Numbered from the stretch's first letter, positions 36,719-44,860 are shown. The stretch: DNA of 45,567 nucleotides from a virus (IMGVR_UViG_3300037590_000052:1-45567), one strand, 5' to 3'. A program made the numbers and translations. Notes: generated by a model from the sequence alone, not told the origin.

Positions 36719-37313
36719 CCTCCTCCGGGGTGATGTCGATCATTTGCGCGGCGCGGAGTGCATTTGCTTTCGCCTCGAGCGCTCGCTTACGCCCTTGGGC
36801 AAGTTTGTCCGCGAGGCCCACGTTGACGTTGACGTTGGTACTGGTCTGAGGGCCATGGCCGGAACGGTCGAGCGCCATCTTAGAAACCTCGAGCAAGGCG
36901 GACAAGGAGAACTCGGAGGGGTCCTCTTCGAGGCGAGAAGTGATTTCGTCGATAGCGTCCTCGCCCAGCCCCGCGATCTTGTCGTGCATCTCGACGTAGC
37001 GCTCATCCTTCTTCTCTGAGTAGAACTTCAAGAGGTCTTTGAAGGAGGGATCTTGCTTCAGTACGGAGATGTGCGAGTCGGTGTAGCCGGTATGGATCGC
37101 GGCCTCGGATTGAGGTACCCCGTCGGCAAGGAGTTTCGCAAGCGCGTGGTGCCGCTGCCGGAGGGTCTTGATCGCAACAGGTTTCGTCCCCCGCTCATCG
37201 CGCGTTGCAAGGATGTCCTCCTGAGTAACCTCACGCCAATCGAGTACAACCAGCGGTTTCGCGGAACGCCCGGTAGTCCGCAGCCCTAGCATGTCGTTCA
37301 GCCCTTCGGCCAT
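36708..37313 (-). CDS. Putative terminase small subunit (HTH)
   Basis: AGGAG RBS before ATG 37313; HTH QSEAAIHTGYTDSHISVL; LDRSGHGP; immediately upstream of terL. Confidence 0.7.
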   Translation of the reverse strand: MAEGLNDMLGLRTTGRSAKPLVVLDWREVTQEDILATRDERGTKPVAIKTLRQRHHALAKLLADGVPQSEAAIHTGYTDSHISVLKQDPSFKDLLKFYSEKKDERYVEMHDKIAGLGEDAIDEITSRLEEDPSEFSLSALLEVSKMALDRSGHGPQTSTNVNVNVGLADKLAQGRKRALEAKANALRAAQMIDITPEEDDA

Positions 37314-37344
37314 TTGGTTTCTCCTCAGTGCGGGTTTGAGGTTG

Positions 37345-37373
37345 AGTGTAGCCGAAACCTTCCGCGCAGTCAA
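37345..37373 (-). promoter_or_regulatory. Sigma70-type promoter for the packaging genes
   Basis: TTGACT-N17-TACACT on the - strand. Confidence 0.75.
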
Positions 37374-37390
37374 GCGCCTTCGGCCAAGGG

Positions 37391-37423
37391 ATATGGCTTG
37401 TTGCTAATTGGAATGGGCCATAC
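37391..37423. promoter_or_regulatory. 33-bp dyad site, copy 5
   Basis: ATATGGCTTGTTGC-TAATT-GGAATGGGCCATAC, 17 bp upstream of the -35 box. Confidence 0.85.
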
Positions 37424-37679
37424 AGCTTAAAACCGCACAATTTATCGAGATGACTTCCCCCGCGCGCGAGGGGTGGGGGTCGGCAAAAGTGGGGTGGCCT
37501 CGATTTCGATTGAAGGGGGGCGGGGGTTGGTTTTTTCCTATCAGGGTTGGATGCGTTTACGGTGGAATAAAAAGCAAAAAATCGCATGGGGGCTGTGCAT
37601 TTTGCGCTTGCAACCGAGTCTATCTTATGAAAGAAGGGTGTTGGGCCTTGGGTCCGGGCGCTAGCTATGGAGACTTTAC

Positions 37680-38027
37680 ATGACAACGCAAACTTTTATC
37701 ATATACACGGGCGCGGGATACACTACCGAGATTGATACGATTATATCCGGTGCGGACGCGGCTGGGCATGCAATGCGGCATAAGGAAATGCTAGAAGATG
37801 AATTCTTTAGCAAAGGGGCTGTTAAAGTAATCGGTGTGGAAGGGACTAAGTCCGGGTGGCTTGCGGAATTGATCGCGGACGAGATGCGGGAAGGAAAGCC
37901 GTTTGGGCGAAAGGCGTTCCGCCGTTGGGAAGATAAGGCGGTGGAGTTAACGGGAAGCTTGCATAAAGTAAACCTTGCACGCTTTAACCGAGTGGTGACA
38001 GCGACCATTGCCGCCAGTAAGGGATAA
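37680..38027 (+). CDS. Early hypothetical protein
   Basis: GGAG RBS; 115 aa; first gene of the + arm. Confidence 0.7.
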   Translation: MTTQTFIIYTGAGYTTEIDTIISGADAAGHAMRHKEMLEDEFFSKGAVKVIGVEGTKSGWLAELIADEMREGKPFGRKAFRRWEDKAVELTGSLHKVNLARFNRVVTATIAASKG

Positions 38028-38099
38028 TACCAGATTGCACATGCATAGACGTGTGCAATGTGGCGCAATCCCGCGCCGATAAATGAATGGAGACTAACA

Positions 38100-38615
38100 A
38101 TGGCTACTTTTACTTTTGCAGATGACTATGTGGTTCAGACTCGCATCAACGGCCAAGTGATCGAATACCGCCCAAGCAAAATGGATCAAAGCTGGATTGA
38201 ACGCTTTCTCGAAAAGGGTATTCAGCGTTATGCAAATGATATGTATTCCGGGGAAAAGGGGAATACGAAGTATGATCTTTGCAAAGCGATCGCGGCGGAG
38301 GCCAATAGCGGTGAACCCGCACCGGAGAAAACCGTGCGCAAGGCGAGTCTGCCGGATGATGTCGCGCTTGCGGTGAAGAATGCCAAGGCGGATTTGAAAC
38401 TCCTTTTCCAAAAACTTACCGGCAAAGGAAAGATTGCCGATCAGGTGGACCATGAAAAGGTAAAGCCGTTCTTTGATGTTAAGGCCGAGTCGGTGACGTG
38501 GAATGACGCCAAGGTTTTGGAATGGATCGAAAAACGGAAGGAAGCTGGGAAGGATTACCTTGCCGAGGCCAAGGAAAGCTTGAAGGCGATGAATGAGATT
38601 GAAGATCTCCTTTAA
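38100..38615 (+). CDS. Early hypothetical protein
   Basis: GGAG RBS before ATG 38100; 171 aa; followed by a terminator. Confidence 0.75.
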   Translation: MATFTFADDYVVQTRINGQVIEYRPSKMDQSWIERFLEKGIQRYANDMYSGEKGNTKYDLCKAIAAEANSGEPAPEKTVRKASLPDDVALAVKNAKADLKLLFQKLTGKGKIADQVDHEKVKPFFDVKAESVTWNDAKVLEWIEKRKEAGKDYLAEAKESLKAMNEIEDLL

Positions 38616-38648
38616 GCGCAAGCAATCGCGCAAGCAATAGCGAGACTT

Positions 38649-38679
38649 GGGGTCGGTTAATTCCGGCCCCTTTTCTTTT
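38649..38679 (+). terminator. Rho-independent terminator
   Basis: GGGGTCGG-TTAATT-CCGGCCCC followed by TTTTCTTTT. Confidence 0.75.
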
Positions 38680-38875
38680 GCGCAAGGGGAGTTTGGGTAT
38701 GGCTTGGGGGCTTTAAAATTGCCCGTACAAGCGCGGGAAAGCGGTTTTGGGTATGACGCCCCGCGCGCATCCGACTTGCCCCGTTCTCGCGCCCCACATC
38801 AAGCGCACGCCACCATTCCGCGCCGCCACATCCACGCCCACGCACAAGCCCGCACAACACGTCCAGTCTGCACAA

Positions 38876-39143
38876 TGCCTAGCGGGGTTCTGGAATTCCC
38901 TACAAATGACCGATTTTCCCTGAAGGCAATTTAGGGGGTATATGTGTCTTGGGGCCATACCGGGCTGGGGCGTGTGCTTTTTTCTTTTCAGTTTCTAAAT
39001 TTTTTTTTTTTTTAATAAACCCCCTCTGAAAAAGCCCTCCCAAAGAGACCCAGAGACGTATGGCCCCCCACCCCTAATAGGGTCCAATTTTGCTTCTAGG
39101 GGAAATCGGGGATTTCCAAGGATTTCTAAAGCCACGCTAGGCA
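38876..39143. repeat. Long imperfect inverted repeat around a T14/AT-rich core; putative replication origin
   Basis: Arms 38876-38960 and 39058-39143 match at 40 of the 54 outer positions and at the inner GGGGCCATAC; T14 at 39000-39013; lies in the largest non-coding gap. Confidence 0.7.
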
Positions 39144-39264
39144 GTAACTAGAACAAAGCCATACAATACTGGCTTTCGAACCTACCGCGCAAAGGTGAGT
39201 TATGGTATGGATATTGCATGCGGCCGGAATGGTTCGGGCGCATTTTTATCAATGGAGTCTATGA

Positions 39265-39612
39265 ATGGAAAAGGCAAAGCGAGATGCTATCACTATGGCA
39301 CTCAAGACCGCGTGCGAAGTGATTGAGGAAAGCCCAGAAATCATCACGCCGGAGATTCAACATCTAGCGTACAAAGCGTTTCAGATGATTTCCCTTCAAA
39401 GTGCGATTGAGTCACCGTCGGAAATCGTTGATCTCGGAATTTCGCCGGAATACCTTGGGGAGGTCATGGCGAAAGCAATCTCCGATCCCGACATCGCGCG
39501 CATCTCCGACATCCCGGATATGAATTACTGGAAAAGCGTCGCCGCGTACCTTGGGCCGGATTGGGTTCAAGCGAATTATCACGTTGCGGTGTTTATGACG
39601 AAGGTAGTTTAA
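39265..39612 (+). CDS. Early hypothetical protein
   Basis: GGAG RBS; 115 aa. Confidence 0.7.
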   Translation: MEKAKRDAITMALKTACEVIEESPEIITPEIQHLAYKAFQMISLQSAIESPSEIVDLGISPEYLGEVMAKAISDPDIARISDIPDMNYWKSVAAYLGPDWVQANYHVAVFMTKVV

Positions 39613-39691
39613 CCCGCCTCGGTTGGCCTAGATGTAGGGGCGGGCATTGCTTGCCCCTATTACTCGACCAACCAAAACTTAGGAGACTTTC

Positions 39692-40042
39692 ATGCAATAC
39701 TTTATCCGCGCGGCGGAAGGTGCATCGTTGCTTTCGATTTCAGAGGAAAGCTTCGGCACGTTTGCGGCAGAAATGGGGACCGATTACTCCGATAGCGAGT
39801 GGGTAGTGGAATACTCGGGCACCGTCAACGCCGATCCTTACGGGCATTTCCTTTGCCTCTCGCGCAAGTCCCACGCTATCTCCAAAGTGGAAGGGGCGCA
39901 GGCCCAATTGGACACGAGTATTCTAGAAGCTATCAAAGTCGCAAATGCTATCGGGCATGCGTCGGGAAAGATACTCGCCGCCATTCTCGTAGCAAAAACC
40001 CCTGAAGAAGTCATTTCGCGGTTGAACTCGCTTCAACAGTAA
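39692..40042 (+). CDS. Early hypothetical protein
   Basis: AGGAG RBS; 116 aa. Confidence 0.7.
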   Translation: MQYFIRAAEGASLLSISEESFGTFAAEMGTDYSDSEWVVEYSGTVNADPYGHFLCLSRKSHAISKVEGAQAQLDTSILEAIKVANAIGHASGKILAAILVAKTPEEVISRLNSLQQ

Positions 40043-40051
40043 GCCAGTTGG

Positions 40052-40084
40052 GTATGGCTTGTTGCACCGCGCAATGGGCCATAC
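40052..40084. promoter_or_regulatory. 33-bp dyad site, copy 6
   Basis: GTATGGCTTGTTGC-ACCGC-GCAATGGGCCATAC, intergenic. Confidence 0.85.
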
Positions 40085-40164
40085 CAACCCTGCCCAGCGG
40101 TAAGTGCAATCCCTTGCATTTTCCCCTTGGCAGTCCCGCTAAGGAAATGAATGGAGCTTATCCA

Positions 40165-40386
40165 ATGCAATATATCTGTTTCGTCCAAACGCAGCCTTCC
40201 CCTTCCGAGGGCCCGCACGCACAAGAAGTTTCCCAACAGGAACTTATGGAAGAAGCCCTCGCTTTCCGCAAGGAAAACCCCGGCATGCGCTTGCAGATGT
40301 CTTTCGACAGCAAGACGTTCTTCCCGGATGTCGGCGTTTACCTGCACCATGACCTTCCCGCCGAACCAATCCTGAAAGGCCTTTAA
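40165..40386 (+). CDS. Hypothetical protein
   Basis: GGAG RBS before ATG 40165; 73 aa. Confidence 0.65.
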   Translation: MQYICFVQTQPSPSEGPHAQEVSQQELMEEALAFRKENPGMRLQMSFDSKTFFPDVGVYLHHDLPAEPILKGL

Positions 40387-40387
40387 G

Positions 40388-40708
40388 ATGCAAGCTGCAC
40401 CCGTTCCCGGAGACACCCTTTACATCAACGGCATCCCCTCATCCGCCCCGATGTTCAACAAAATGACTGATGACCGGCTTCGCGAAATCCGCAAGGCCCT
40501 TTCCCGTGCCAGTTACCACTACGCCGACGACTCCACCGCCGAGTGGGCCAAGGCACGCCAAGAGATCGCATCCGCCGCAAAGATGATCCGCGAGGGCGGG
40601 CTTCGGTACGATGCGATCGCCGCACTCTACAACGATCGCCCCCAGCTCTTCGACATCGGGGAGATCATCAACGCAATCTTCAAATCCTACCAAGAGGAAA
40701 AAGCATGA
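40388..40708 (+). CDS. Hypothetical protein
   Basis: Operon packing; phage-like codon usage. Confidence 0.65.
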   Translation: MQAAPVPGDTLYINGIPSSAPMFNKMTDDRLREIRKALSRASYHYADDSTAEWAKARQEIASAAKMIREGGLRYDAIAALYNDRPQLFDIGEIINAIFKSYQEEKA

Positions 40709-41046
40709 ACGAAACACCTACCGGAGACCCGAATCTGATTGGAATGGCCGCAGCCGTTGGCGGGAAGCCCAACTTCGGCCCAGAAGCCGTCGCCAAAAGC
40801 GCGGACGACACCCTCTCCCTTGCAATCGGACGGACGCAGAGCGCTATCGCTGTCATCGACCGCATCGCGGACCTGACCAACCAGCTTGCGGAATGTGTTT
40901 GCGGACTCCCGCCGATCGAAACGACCAAGTTGCCTCCCGCCAAATCACTTTTGGAGTCCGCTTGCAACAACGGCGAGGTTCAGCTTGAAAACCTCGAGCT
41001 TCTCGAGCAACAGATTGAACGCATCGGAAAACAACTTCTCGGTTGA
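40705..41046 (+). CDS. Hypothetical protein
   Basis: GAGG RBS; ATGA coupling at 40705; 113 aa. Confidence 0.65.
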   Translation: MNETPTGDPNLIGMAAAVGGKPNFGPEAVAKSADDTLSLAIGRTQSAIAVIDRIADLTNQLAECVCGLPPIETTKLPPAKSLLESACNNGEVQLENLELLEQQIERIGKQLLG

Positions 41047-41103
41047 TCAAGCCAAGGGGAGGGCATTCCTTCCCCTTTACTGGACCAACTAAAGGAGATT
41101 AAA

Positions 41104-41280
41104 ATGGGCCTTCAGAAACGCCTTCGCAAAGCCGCGCTTAACAACCATGCGCGCAAAACCAACCGCTACTTTTCCGGCTCCCTTATCGGCCCCGGCATGC
41201 AGCGCCAAGCCGACCGCGAACGCAAGCAGCGCAAAACCCGCCTTGAACGCATCGCCAAATTCTTTTCCAAGCGGGGCTAA
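41104..41280 (+). CDS. Small, highly basic protein (58 aa; not in the ORF track)
   Basis: AAGGAG RBS; MGLQKRLRKAALNNHARKTNRYFSGSLIGPGMQRQADRERKQRKTRLERIAKFFSKRG. Confidence 0.7.
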   Translation: MGLQKRLRKAALNNHARKTNRYFSGSLIGPGMQRQADRERKQRKTRLERIAKFFSKRG

Positions 41281-41283
41281 CCG

Positions 41284-41703
41284 ATGTCTTTGTCCAAGAA
41301 TATCTCAACCTACACGGACATTCACCAGATCCTCGTCGCCGCCGATAAAGCAAAGCCTGCAATCTACAAAGCCAAGACTCCCGGCGCGGCAAACCATTTC
41401 CGGCAGCGGGCGAATAACTACCGTCGGTTGCTTGCAGACCAGCACAACATCACTCCCTTCGATCACCTGATTTTCCGCAAATCGGAGTCCGACCCTTGCG
41501 CGACAATCATCGAAGAGATCGCCCCCGAAGGCGTACTCGAAACCGCATCCGGTGAGTCTGTTCCCATCGAAAAAACGGTTCCCGCAGACATCATCCCGAA
41601 GGAGGGCCTCACCACCGCCACCGGCGAAAGCGAGCCGGTTAACGAAGCCGAAGCAGCTGCAAAAGCCCTTGCCGCGAAGCTGCGTAGTGGAGATTTGTTT
41701 TAA
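41284..41703 (+). CDS. Hypothetical protein
   Basis: 139 aa; operon packing. Confidence 0.7.
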   Translation: MSLSKNISTYTDIHQILVAADKAKPAIYKAKTPGAANHFRQRANNYRRLLADQHNITPFDHLIFRKSESDPCATIIEEIAPEGVLETASGESVPIEKTVPADIIPKEGLTTATGESEPVNEAEAAAKALAAKLRSGDLF

Positions 41704-42092
41704 TGAAAGCTGAAATGACCGCACAAGAAATCTTCGACGAGGTTACAAAACACCTCTTCGACCAGAAGGCAGCGTCGCTTAACGAGTTTGGTGGTTGCGT
41801 TTACCGCGGCAAGGATGGATTCAAGTGCGCGGTTGGTGCGTTGATTTCCGACGAACTGGCCTTGGTGCATAACGGAGCTTCCGTGGTTAAGCTTATCCAC
41901 CTCGCGGAGGATGAGGGCGTTACCGTTCCCAACTGGATGACGGAAAACCTATCCCTTTTGACAGACCTTCAAACTGTCCACGATGCCTGCCCCCTTGCAT
42001 TGGGTGAGTTTGTCCCCTCCGAGCTTAAAAGGCGTCTTGAAAGGGTTTCTGTGCAGCACAATCTTTCTCCCGAAATCCTTTCGGCCTATTAA
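41703..42092 (+). CDS. Hypothetical phage protein
   Basis: TAATG coupling; CVYRG..KCAVGALI..LQTVHD motif. Confidence 0.7.
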   Translation: MKAEMTAQEIFDEVTKHLFDQKAASLNEFGGCVYRGKDGFKCAVGALISDELALVHNGASVVKLIHLAEDEGVTVPNWMTENLSLLTDLQTVHDACPLALGEFVPSELKRRLERVSVQHNLSPEILSAY

Positions 42093-42137
42093 CGGGCAGG
42101 GCGCTAGTCGCCCTTCCTTCTTAATAGACTGCAAACA

Positions 42138-42359
42138 ATGGAGCAACTTATGCAGATCATTCACAAGCGCAACGAGTCCGGGCACTACGTCTCGAACCAA
42201 GAACTTAACTCGTTGAAAAATCTCGTCGAGTTCAAGGAAAACGGCCCGCGCTATCCTGACGCGACCGAAGAGGAAAAGAGAACGCCCGCCACAGTCCCCT
42301 TTGTCATCGACACGTTCAAGCAAGAACTCGACATCTTCCGCCGGGAGCAGGGCAAATGA
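42138..42359 (+). CDS. Hypothetical protein
   Basis: 73-aa ORF, coupled to the next gene. Confidence 0.6.
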   Translation: MEQLMQIIHKRNESGHYVSNQELNSLKNLVEFKENGPRYPDATEEEKRTPATVPFVIDTFKQELDIFRREQGK

Positions 42360-42664
42360 TCTGCATAAAAACCGGAGCCCTCGTTCACCTCACTTGCTAC
42401 GACCAGTACCTTTACGGCGACCTGTTTGCGAGCGACTGCGCCTACCTCATGCGGGTGTGCCAGATCATCGAAAAACACGAGTTGCCCCCGGCGGCTACCG
42501 TTGACTACTCCGCCACAAGCTTCACCCACTGGTTTGACAAAGAAAAAACCAGTCAAACCGATAATTCAACCCTCGTCGCACGGCGGCAGGACTTTTCGCC
42601 GGTCAAGGAGGGTTGCGACCCTTGCAACACCTGGCCCTGCTACATCTGCGGAAAAGGATTTTAA
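42356..42664 (+). CDS. Hypothetical protein with C-terminal Cys cluster
   Basis: ATGA coupling; CDPC..PCYIC. Confidence 0.6.
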   Translation: MICIKTGALVHLTCYDQYLYGDLFASDCAYLMRVCQIIEKHELPPAATVDYSATSFTHWFDKEKTSQTDNSTLVARRQDFSPVKEGCDPCNTWPCYICGKGF

Positions 42665-42667
42665 GAA

Positions 42668-42985
42668 ATGAAAAAACTAATCTTCACTCTCCCCATCATC
42701 GCCCTCGCCGCATGCGCGGAGGCCCCTTCCGCCATCGCCCCAACCAGTATGGGCAACGCCTATTCTTCCGCCTCTTGCGCCAAGGCACATTACCTTCGCG
42801 CCGAGGAAATTGCTCGCCTCAACTCCCTTTCCCAAGCACAGAGCCAAGCAGCAGTGGCAGACGCTATCGGCGTGTTTCTGTTTTTGGTCCCCATAGGCAG
42901 CGTATCCGGCGGAAACAAAGCCGGTGAGATCGCGGATGCCAAGGGGCGCATCGCTTCCCTCGACGCACGTTTGGCGAGGTGCTGA
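42668..42985 (+). CDS. Lipoprotein
   Basis: MKK, hydrophobic core, LAAC lipobox; second hydrophobic segment. Confidence 0.75.
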   Translation: MKKLIFTLPIIALAACAEAPSAIAPTSMGNAYSSASCAKAHYLRAEEIARLNSLSQAQSQAAVADAIGVFLFLVPIGSVSGGNKAGEIADAKGRIASLDARLARC

Positions 42986-42986
42986 A

Positions 42987-43481
42987 ATGAAAAACTTCAT
43001 CGCAGCCCTAGCCCTCGCCGCCTGCCCCCTCACCACCGTCCCCGAGTTCGCGGTCGCCGATACCATCACCCTGACGGACAAAGACCTGAACGGCGGAGAC
43101 ATTTCCTACCACTACAACCGCGTGCAGGACTTCAACGCGCGCGGGATTTCCGTTCGCCTCGACGCGCAGGCCGCAATAAGTGCGGGCACCTTCTACCTCA
43201 TGGTGAACGACTCCTGCGTTGTCCGCCCGAGGATGATCCTCGAGTACCACGGCCCGTCCCACAACATTCGTTCAATCCTCACCGGCCACGATGGCTTCGT
43301 TAACTACTCCGAAAAACGCGAGTGGGTTGTCGGCCAGATGCGCGACTTTTACAATTCGAAATACTCCGGTATGGGGGATTGGTTCTATGAGTGCGCATCG
43401 CAGAAGCGCGGCATGCTCGTATGCAAAACCCGCGCAAGTGAGCTCTCCCGCGTCTTTGGCGTGCGGATTTGTGAGGAGTAA
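42987..43481 (+). CDS. Exported protein, possible ClpP/crotonase-like fold
   Basis: Signal peptide MKNFIAALALAAC; NGGD..ISAGTFYL..YHGP pattern. Confidence 0.55.
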   Translation: MKNFIAALALAACPLTTVPEFAVADTITLTDKDLNGGDISYHYNRVQDFNARGISVRLDAQAAISAGTFYLMVNDSCVVRPRMILEYHGPSHNIRSILTGHDGFVNYSEKREWVVGQMRDFYNSKYSGMGDWFYECASQKRGMLVCKTRASELSRVFGVRICEE

Positions 43482-43486
43482 GAGAG

Positions 43487-44179
43487 ATGAGTGATACAAG
43501 CACAGAGGCAGCGTGGCATGCGCTGATGAACTACCAGCAAGCCGATATGGAGGGCATCATGGTCCTTGTATCTCGGCAGGCCATTCACGAATGCAAGGAT
43601 GACCGTGACGCCCTCGCCGCCGAGCGCGACCAGCTACGCCAAGCTGTGAAAGAGGCCAACGAAAAGCTGGAATTGGCAGAAATAATGGCGAAAGAAGCGG
43701 TAAACCTCGCGCGCGATAAGGCGTTGGAAGAGTCCCAAAACGTAGTGTTACAGGAGATCGGTGAGGACAATAACGGTTTCCGCATCTGGGAAGATGATCG
43801 TCCATACGTTTGCGAGGAAACCGTTTACCGCAGCATCAACGCCCTCAAGACCAAACCAACCCCACGCCAGATCGTGCAGGAGGTCGATGCCGAGGCGTTC
43901 AGTCGCATGAGCGTCGAAGGAAAATGGCGGCATATATTGGTTGAATACCTCGATCAGATGCGGCCGGTTCCGTCTCATTTTGTTCGCTGGATTTTGCAGG
44001 CCACGGCGCCCTCACAGTCCGGGATTAACTGCCATCGCTGCGGAAAGTGCGCTGACCTACCGATCACGGTACACATGGGCGCTTCGATGAGACCGCCCGA
44101 ATATTGGCGCAGTGATAAAGAAGGGCTGGCTTGCCCTGAGTGCTGCAACACAGAGGAGAAAGCAAATGATGACAACTGA
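43487..44179 (+). CDS. Hypothetical mosaic protein (coiled coil plus C-terminal Cys motifs)
   Basis: GAGGAG RBS; CHRC..CPEC. Confidence 0.65.
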   Translation: MSDTSTEAAWHALMNYQQADMEGIMVLVSRQAIHECKDDRDALAAERDQLRQAVKEANEKLELAEIMAKEAVNLARDKALEESQNVVLQEIGEDNNGFRIWEDDRPYVCEETVYRSINALKTKPTPRQIVQEVDAEAFSRMSVEGKWRHILVEYLDQMRPVPSHFVRWILQATAPSQSGINCHRCGKCADLPITVHMGASMRPPEYWRSDKEGLACPECCNTEEKANDDN

Positions 44180-44576
44180 TGAAGATGCAATGTTCAACCA
44201 GACACCCCTCCCCGACCCCGAGCCGGAAGTCACTTTCAGCGCCGCCCCGCCACCCCCAGGTGGGATCGGCTTCATCGACAACGGCGAGCTAGTCGGCACG
44301 CTCAAATGGGAAGATGGCCTCCTCACCTTCACGGGCAATGCGGACGAGGCCGCAAAACATTTCTTCGCCCACGTCATCAAGGTCTACCACACCGAGACCG
44401 CGCTGCGCGAAAACTCCCACGAAGAGTTCCGTAAGGAAATTCTCCACTTGGCGGAAGAAATCCTCCCAATCCTCAACGCGGCTGCCAACGGCGGGTCTTG
44501 GAGTTCCCGTGCAGCCTTTTCCGCATTCAACAGACTTTCTACCCTCGCGAAGAAAGTGGAGAGCAACCAGCCATGA
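44166..44576 (+). CDS. Hypothetical protein
   Basis: GAGGAG RBS before ATG 44166. Confidence 0.65.
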   Translation: MMTTDEDAMFNQTPLPDPEPEVTFSAAPPPPGGIGFIDNGELVGTLKWEDGLLTFTGNADEAAKHFFAHVIKVYHTETALRENSHEEFRKEILHLAEEILPILNAAANGGSWSSRAAFSAFNRLSTLAKKVESNQP

Positions 44577-44860
44577 CCCTCCCCGCCAAAAAACTTCCCC
44601 CTCGCCAAAAGAGCGGCGCCTTCGGCAAACTTGACCCGGCCAGCCCTACCTTTTGGGAACGGGTAGATGTCGCTCTCGCCGCTTCCGGGACCACCAAACG
44701 CGATTGGGCGCGGCATGCGGAGTATTGCTTCTACTACGTTTCCAAACTGAAATCGGACGGGAAGCGCCCGCCCAAGCGCCTTCTTGTATCCCTCACCCAG
44801 ATTACCGGCTGTACCATGGAGTACCTGAACAACCCCAGCCCCATCGACCTCTCGAAATGA
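44573..44860 (+). CDS. XRE/Cro-like HTH protein
   Basis: GGAG RBS; FWERV..SGTTKRDWARHAEYCFYYVSKLKSDGKRP..LTQITGCTMEYL fits an XRE pattern. Confidence 0.6.
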   Translation: MTLPAKKLPPRQKSGAFGKLDPASPTFWERVDVALAASGTTKRDWARHAEYCFYYVSKLKSDGKRPPKRLLVSLTQITGCTMEYLNNPSPIDLSK

